Shown here in pieces: positions 59,524-64,000 of a DNA stretch of 64,000 bases. Numbering within the stretch: position 1 is the first letter of the stretch; each line of letters begins with the position of its first letter. The position numbers and the translations under genes are program-made. Under the pieces are notes generated by a model. That model made no database searches, was not told the origin of the DNA, and saw nothing but the letters and a program-made list of their open reading frames with translations. The stretch comes from Capsulimonadaceae bacterium (GTDB lineage: Bacteria > Armatimonadota > Armatimonadia > Armatimonadales > Capsulimonadaceae), in assembly GCA_965215505.1 (NCBI GenBank), contig OZ244065.1, forward strand, positions 1,184,001-1,248,000, given 5' to 3'.

Positions 59524-60134
59524 CCCACCTGCCCCTTGTAGAGTCGGTGCCATTCGGCGGCGATGGCCGTCGCCCCGGCCAGGTTCGGCTCAATCTGCAT
59601 GACGATCCAGGGCTGGCGGGAGGCGACTCCGTGCCCGTGGAACAGGGTTTCCAGGTCCGCCAGCAGGAATCCGTGCCGACTGGCCAGGGCACGGATGCCG
59701 TCGTTGAGGGCATTGAAGGCGGTGCGCGCCTCGGCCGCCATGCCGAAGGAGGCGATGCGCGAATCGTCGCCGTCGGTCGGGTCGTAGACGGTGTTGACGA
59801 TGACCGGGCAGGCGAAGGCGGTCAAGCGGGCGGCGATCTCTTCCAAGTTTCCCAGCGGCTCGCCCGCGACCCGGCCCCAGCCGGCGATGGAGTTGAGGGC
59901 CTGGAATGCGCCTTGCAGGAAGTCGTTGCCGCCCGCCGTCAGCGTGACGACATTGGGCGTGGCCGTGATCTCGGGCCACGCCTCTAAGACGCCCGCCGTG
60001 GTGCGCCCGTCGCGGGTGAGGTCCTGGAAATGCGCTGCGCCGAGGAGCCGGGCGAACTGGCTGGCCGCGCCGCCGCTGCCGACTTCGGTATATTCGTCAA
60101 TGCTGATCGAGTCGCCCAGGGCGAGGTAGTTCAT
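59520..60134 (-). CDS. SGNH/GDSL hydrolase
   Basis: LGDSI and AGGND motifs; ATGA overlap with kptA. Confidence 0.75.
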   Translation of the reverse strand: MNYLALGDSISIDEYTEVGSGGAASQFARLLGAAHFQDLTRDGRTTAGVLEAWPEITATPNVVTLTAGGNDFLQGAFQALNSIAGWGRVAGEPLGNLEEIAARLTAFACPVIVNTVYDPTDGDDSRIASFGMAAEARTAFNALNDGIRALASRHGFLLADLETLFHGHGVASRQPWIVMQIEPNLAGATAIAAEWHRLYKGQVG

Positions 60135-60226
60135 GATCTCTCCCCGGCCATGAATGGCCGGTCTATTCTTGAATGAAAGTCGTTGCGCGACTGAGGAACG
60201 GACAAGCCAGGAAGGGACAGGGCAGG

Positions 60227-60251
60227 AGGGCGCGGCAAGCAGCGCCCCTAC
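60227..60251 (-). repeat. GTAG-type REP right after the ruvA stop
   Basis: GTAGGGGCGCTGCTTGCCGCGCCCT. Confidence 0.75.
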
Positions 60252-60252
60252 G

Positions 60253-60882
60253 TCAGCCCTTACCGCCAGCCCCCGTCAGGATGTTGAGGGCGGCGCGCAG
60301 GGCGGCCCCCATGTTCGTCTTGTCTTCGATCTGCTTTAAGGCCCCGTCGGCACCGCTGCGGGCCTGATTGCGGCTGTAGCCGAGGGTCATCAGGCCCTCC
60401 ACCACGTCGTCGTAGATGTCCTCGGCGGCGGGCTTCTGGATCTTGACCTGGATCTGGTCCACCTTGCGCTCGAAGGCGAGGGCGGCGAGTTTGTCTTTGA
60501 GTTCCAGCACGAGCCGCTGGGCGGTCTTCAGGCCCAGTCCGGGGATGCGGACGAGGCCGCGCGTGTCCTCGGCCCCGACGGTCCGTGCAAGCGCTTCGCC
60601 GTCCATGGCGGACAGGATGGACAGGGCCACTTTGGGGCCGATGCCGGTCACACTCAGCAGCAGCTCGAAGACCTTCTGGTCGTCGGGGCGCAGGAAGCCG
60701 AACAGGGAAATCTCCTCGGCCCGCATGTGGAAATGGATGTGCAAAAACGCCGGCTCGCCGAGGGCGGGCAGCGACCCGTGGATGCTGGCCGGGACGGAGA
60801 CTTTATAGCCGACGCCGCCGACATCCAGGATGACGGCCGTGGCCTCGGCGTGGACGAGGTTGCCGCGCAGGGAGGCGATCAT
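60253..60882 (-). CDS. ruvA: Holliday junction branch migration protein RuvA
   Basis: MIASLRG, GGVGY, GIGPKVAL and IPGLGLKTAQRLVLELK motifs. Confidence 0.93.
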   Translation of the reverse strand: MIASLRGNLVHAEATAVILDVGGVGYKVSVPASIHGSLPALGEPAFLHIHFHMRAEEISLFGFLRPDDQKVFELLLSVTGIGPKVALSILSAMDGEALARTVGAEDTRGLVRIPGLGLKTAQRLVLELKDKLAALAFERKVDQIQVKIQKPAAEDIYDDVVEGLMTLGYSRNQARSGADGALKQIEDKTNMGAALRAALNILTGAGGKG

Positions 60883-61355
60883 GGCGTGGCCCCGCTCGTC
60901 TGGGTGATCTTGCTCGGCCGGGTGATCTCGTGCCGCAGGGCGGACGCCAGCGTGTCCATCATGGCGTCGTCCACCGCCCGCGCTTCGGCGGGGTCGTAGT
61001 GGTCGCCGAAGCGCGAGTCGGCCCAGGATTGCCCGGCGAACTCGCGCGCCTCTTTGTACCGGGGGAAGATGTGGAAGTGGGCGTGGGGCGTCAGGTTCAT
61101 CAAAAACATGTAGTTGAAGTGATCGGGCGCGAACAGGGCCGTGAGCGCCTGTTTCGTCTCGCGCAGGGAGGCCCACAGCGCCGTCAGCTCGGCCTCGGTG
61201 AGCGCGGCGATGTCGGTCTCGTGGCGCTTCAAGGCGAAGAAGACGCGGCCCAGGGTGGCCTGGTTCTCGTTGAGGACGAGGGTCCAGTGGTCGTTGGCGA
61301 GGACGACGCCGCGCGAGGGCGAGCAGAGGGGGCAGTCGGGGTCAAGGTCGGGCAT
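60879..61355 (-). CDS. HIT-family protein
   Basis: CPLC and PHAHFHIFPR motifs. Confidence 0.88.
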   Translation of the reverse strand: MPDLDPDCPLCSPSRGVVLANDHWTLVLNENQATLGRVFFALKRHETDIAALTEAELTALWASLRETKQALTALFAPDHFNYMFLMNLTPHAHFHIFPRYKEAREFAGQSWADSRFGDHYDPAEARAVDDAMMDTLASALRHEITRPSKITQTSGATP

Positions 61356-61389
61356 GGGGTGATTATACCTGACAGGGGAGGGAATGCGT

Positions 61390-61540
61390 GAAGGGCACGG
61401 GGCTGAACCCCCGTGCTGTAATAGTGCAAGCCCCCGAGGGTAAGGGCGAAGATTCAGGACCGTGTAGGGGCGGGGTCCCCCGCCCTCTTCTGCCCGCGAA
61501 GGCGGGGATTTGCTCTATCGAGGCGCGGGGGTTCAGCCTT
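61390..61540. repeat. Mixed REP-like cluster
   Basis: GCACGGGGCTGAACCCCCGTGC, GTAGGGGCGGGGTCCCCCGCCCT and GCGCGGGGGTTCAGCC. Confidence 0.6.
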
Positions 61541-61732
61541 GTGGCTCTTCCTCCCACGGCGGCCAGTCTCCCGATCAACGTGACGGAAGGCGTGCATGGT
61601 TTCGCGCAGGTCGGCCACGAAATCGGGGTCGGCCATCGCCTCGGCGGCAAGATCACGCATCCGGGCGCGACGCGCTTTCCGTTCCGGAGGCCACGCGGCC
61701 TCGGCGTCAGGTTCTTCGGGCATGTCCGGCAT
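61454..61732 (-). CDS. Small hypothetical protein with tail running through REP sequence
   Basis: MPDMPEEPD start 9 nt after the upstream stop. Confidence 0.4.
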   Translation of the reverse strand: MPDMPEEPDAEAAWPPERKARRARMRDLAAEAMADPDFVADLRETMHAFRHVDRETGRRGRKSHKAEPPRLDRANPRLRGQKRAGDPAPTRS

Positions 61733-61740
61733 GGTCGCCT

Positions 61741-62031
61741 CTACAGCCAGTACGACGTGACGGATAATATCTCCTCCGAATGGAGGCACTGGCGGAGGGT
61801 GGCGGCGTCGGGGTTGGTCAGGTAGACGCTGCCCTGGTCGTCGGCGCGCAGGACCTCGACGAGCGGGAGGGTGACGGACCCGCCGAGTTCGGACTGGAGG
61901 CGGCGGGCGGCGCGCTCGTCCTTGCGCGGGTCGGTGAGGTCGTACTCGACGTACATGACGCTCATCTCGCGCTTCAGCCGGCGGACGTCGGGCTGGGCGG
62001 GGTTGCCATAGATGGTGATGCGGCTTGCCAT
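61741..62031 (-). CDS. Glutaredoxin/mycoredoxin-fold protein lacking CxxC
   Basis: ITIYGNPAQPDVRRLK..TLP.V..LTNP. Confidence 0.6.
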   Translation of the reverse strand: MASRITIYGNPAQPDVRRLKREMSVMYVEYDLTDPRKDERAARRLQSELGGSVTLPLVEVLRADDQGSVYLTNPDAATLRQCLHSEEILSVTSYWL

Positions 62032-62059
62032 GGGTGGGGTGCTTTCTTGGGTGTGGCGG

Positions 62060-63502
62060 TCAATCGTCGCCCATCTCGCGGGAGATGCAGGGGGACAGGG
62101 GGGCGTTGCTGCTGGACAGGGCGGCGGCCTCGACGGCTTCGGGCAGGGTCGGGTAGGCGTGCATGGTCAGGGCGATCTCCGAGACGGGCAGGCGGGCGCG
62201 CATGGCGAGGCAGATCTCGTTGATGAGCGCGCCGGCCGCCGCGCCGACGATCTGGCCGCCGAGGATGGTGCCGCCCGCCTGGAGCGAGACGATCTGGACG
62301 AAGCCCGATGTCTCGCCGGTGATGATCGCCTTGTCGAGCTGGTCGAACGGGAAGCGGGCGATGTCCAAAGCTTCCTCGTGGTGGGTCATACGGGCCAGGG
62401 CGGGGGTCAGCCCGACGCTCGCCACTTCGGGGTCGGTGTAGGTGACGCGCGGGATGACGCGGTAGTCGGCGGGGCAGCACAGGTCCTCACCGCGCCACGC
62501 GGACACGGCGTTCATGGCGGCGACGGCCCCCTCGTAGGAGGCGACGTGGGTGAACTTGTATTCCGAGGAGACGTCGCCCGCCGCCCAGACGTGCGGGACG
62601 TTGGTCTGGAGGTGGGCGTTCGTCTTCAGCCGCCCGCCGTCCTCGCAGTGGACGCCTGCGGCCTCCAGGTTCAGCCCGGCGACGTTGCTTTTGCGGCCTG
62701 CCGCGACCAGGATAGCGTCACAACGAATCTCCTCGCCGCCGCGCATCGTGAAGACCCGCTCGCCGCCGTGCCGCGTGATCTTCTCCACCTGCGCGTGCGT
62801 CACGATGCGGACGCCCTCCGCCGTCAGCTTGTCCTGGAGGACGAGGGCGGCGTCGGCGTCGTCGCGGGCCAGGATGCGCGCGCCGTTGTGCAGGATGGTG
62901 ACGGCCGCCCCGAAGCGGCGGAAGACCTGGCCCAGCTCGCAGCCGATGGCCCCACCGCCGAGGATGACGACGCGGGGCGGCAGGGTGGTCCAGTCGAAGA
63001 CGGTCCGGTTGGTGTCGTAGCCCGCGTCTTCCAAACCGGGGATGGGCGGGACGGCGGGCAGAGACCCGGTACAGAGGATGAACTGCTTCGCCCGGTACTG
63101 TGCGCCCGTCTTGCCGGCCTCGACCGTGTGCGGGTCCAGGAACCTGGCCCGCTCGCAGACCGTCGTGATGCCCTGGCGGCTGAAGCTGTCAATCGCGCTG
63201 CCGCCGCCGACCTCCTCGATGGTCTGCCGCGCATGGCGCATGACCGCGCCGAAGTCGGGCTTCCCGCCCGGATGCGCCGGCAGGCCGAACTCGGACGCCC
63301 TGCCCATGCGGTCCCACAGGGTCGCCGAGTGGATCAGGGCCTTGGAAGGCACACAGCCGGTGTACAGGCACTCGCCGCCGATCAGGGCCTCTTCAAAGAG
63401 GACGACGCGCGCCCCCCTCTTTGCCGCCGTCCGCGCCGCCTTCGGACCCGCCGATCCCGCGCCGAGTACGGCGACATCAAACTCCTGTATGGCCTCTTGC
63501 AT
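62060..63502 (-). CDS. Class I pyridine nucleotide-disulfide oxidoreductase
   Basis: GAGSAG, GGECLYTGCVPSK and HAYPTLPE motifs; TATAAT 7 nt before the ATG. Confidence 0.88.
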   Translation of the reverse strand: MQEAIQEFDVAVLGAGSAGPKAARTAAKRGARVVLFEEALIGGECLYTGCVPSKALIHSATLWDRMGRASEFGLPAHPGGKPDFGAVMRHARQTIEEVGGGSAIDSFSRQGITTVCERARFLDPHTVEAGKTGAQYRAKQFILCTGSLPAVPPIPGLEDAGYDTNRTVFDWTTLPPRVVILGGGAIGCELGQVFRRFGAAVTILHNGARILARDDADAALVLQDKLTAEGVRIVTHAQVEKITRHGGERVFTMRGGEEIRCDAILVAAGRKSNVAGLNLEAAGVHCEDGGRLKTNAHLQTNVPHVWAAGDVSSEYKFTHVASYEGAVAAMNAVSAWRGEDLCCPADYRVIPRVTYTDPEVASVGLTPALARMTHHEEALDIARFPFDQLDKAIITGETSGFVQIVSLQAGGTILGGQIVGAAAGALINEICLAMRARLPVSEIALTMHAYPTLPEAVEAAALSSSNAPLSPCISREMGDD

Positions 63503-63601
63503 GGCAGGCATTATACCTGATGAGCGCCCCGCTCCACACCCCTGCGTCGTATTCTCACGGCGGCAGCCACGGTGCTGGGGAAGGGCAACCGCTGGGAGGG
63601 G

Positions 63602-63670
63602 AAGGGCAACCACGGGGGGTTGCCCCTACCGGGACCGGATTGCGTAGGGGCAGGCCCCCGTGCCTGCCCT
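63602..63670. repeat. Inverted pair of GTAG-type REPs
   Basis: AAGGGCAACCACGGGGGGTTGCCCCTAC and GTAGGGGCAGGCCCCCGTGCCTGCCCT. Confidence 0.75.
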
Positions 63671-63846
63671 TCCCTCAAAATCCTATCCCACGATGGGCGC
63701 ATTTGAAATACTTCAGATTTTCCTAAAATACCTATTGACACAAAGTATGGATATGTGTTACAGTTGTTGTCATAGGTGTCCAATCACGGGCACGGGTGAA
63801 CGCCATCAATCATTCCGATGAGTCACGCCGAAAGAAGGAGACAATA

Positions 63847-64000
63847 ATGAAGAAGCCCAAAGGCTTTACGCTGATCGAACTGCTCGTCGTCATCGCCATT
63901 ATCGCGATTCTAGCAGCCATCCTTTTCCCCGTTTTCCAAAAGGTCCGCGAGAACGCCCGGCGGGCCTCCTGCGCCAGCAACCTGAAGCAGATCAGCATCG
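63847..64000 (+). CDS. Prepilin-type N-terminal cleavage/methylation protein (DUF1559-like), 3' partial
   Basis: [58 protein letters not shown]. Confidence 0.9.
   Translation, partial: MKKPKGFTLIELLVVIAIIAILAAILFPVFQKVRENARRASCASNLKQISI

Noticed and set aside
60883-61176. Extended ruvA ORF, and likewise extended ORFs 28166-29665, 20951-21922 and 49738-52098
   Set aside because: The extensions overlap upstream genes in another frame; internal ATGA-coupled starts fit better

Overview
64 kb of GC-rich bacterial chromosome, most likely Armatimonadota (Capsulimonas-like). This is inferred from the '[24 protein letters not shown]' prepilin gene, a PEP-CTERM protein, HAF repeats and GTAG-type REPs. 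Housekeeping genes (uvrA, cysD/cysN, gltA, mntR-mntH, rplY, iscS, rqcH, kptA, ruvA) are interleaved with many small accessory insertions. No rRNA, canonical tRNA, CRISPR array, transposase or integrase was recognised. Most notable observations: (1) a ~128-nt tRNA-shaped RNA at 26608-26735 (-) with its own extended -10 promoter. It has intact D and T arms, its anticodon loop is replaced by a ~56-nt two-hairpin insert, and no CCA is encoded. (2) A His-rich leader peptide plus intrinsic terminator (attenuator-like) upstream of an HNH nuclease that is divergent from rqcH and near kptA. (3) An ECF sigma factor fused to a nucleotidyltransferase and translationally coupled to uvrA. (4) A diverged 114-bp direct repeat that fuses a GNAT promoter and N-terminus to an inserted HAF-repeat gene. 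(5) Two toxin genes are broken while their antitoxins are intact. (6) Many genes have a -10 box 6-7 nt before the ATG, suggesting leaderless mRNAs. All family calls are by eye from motifs; no searches were run.
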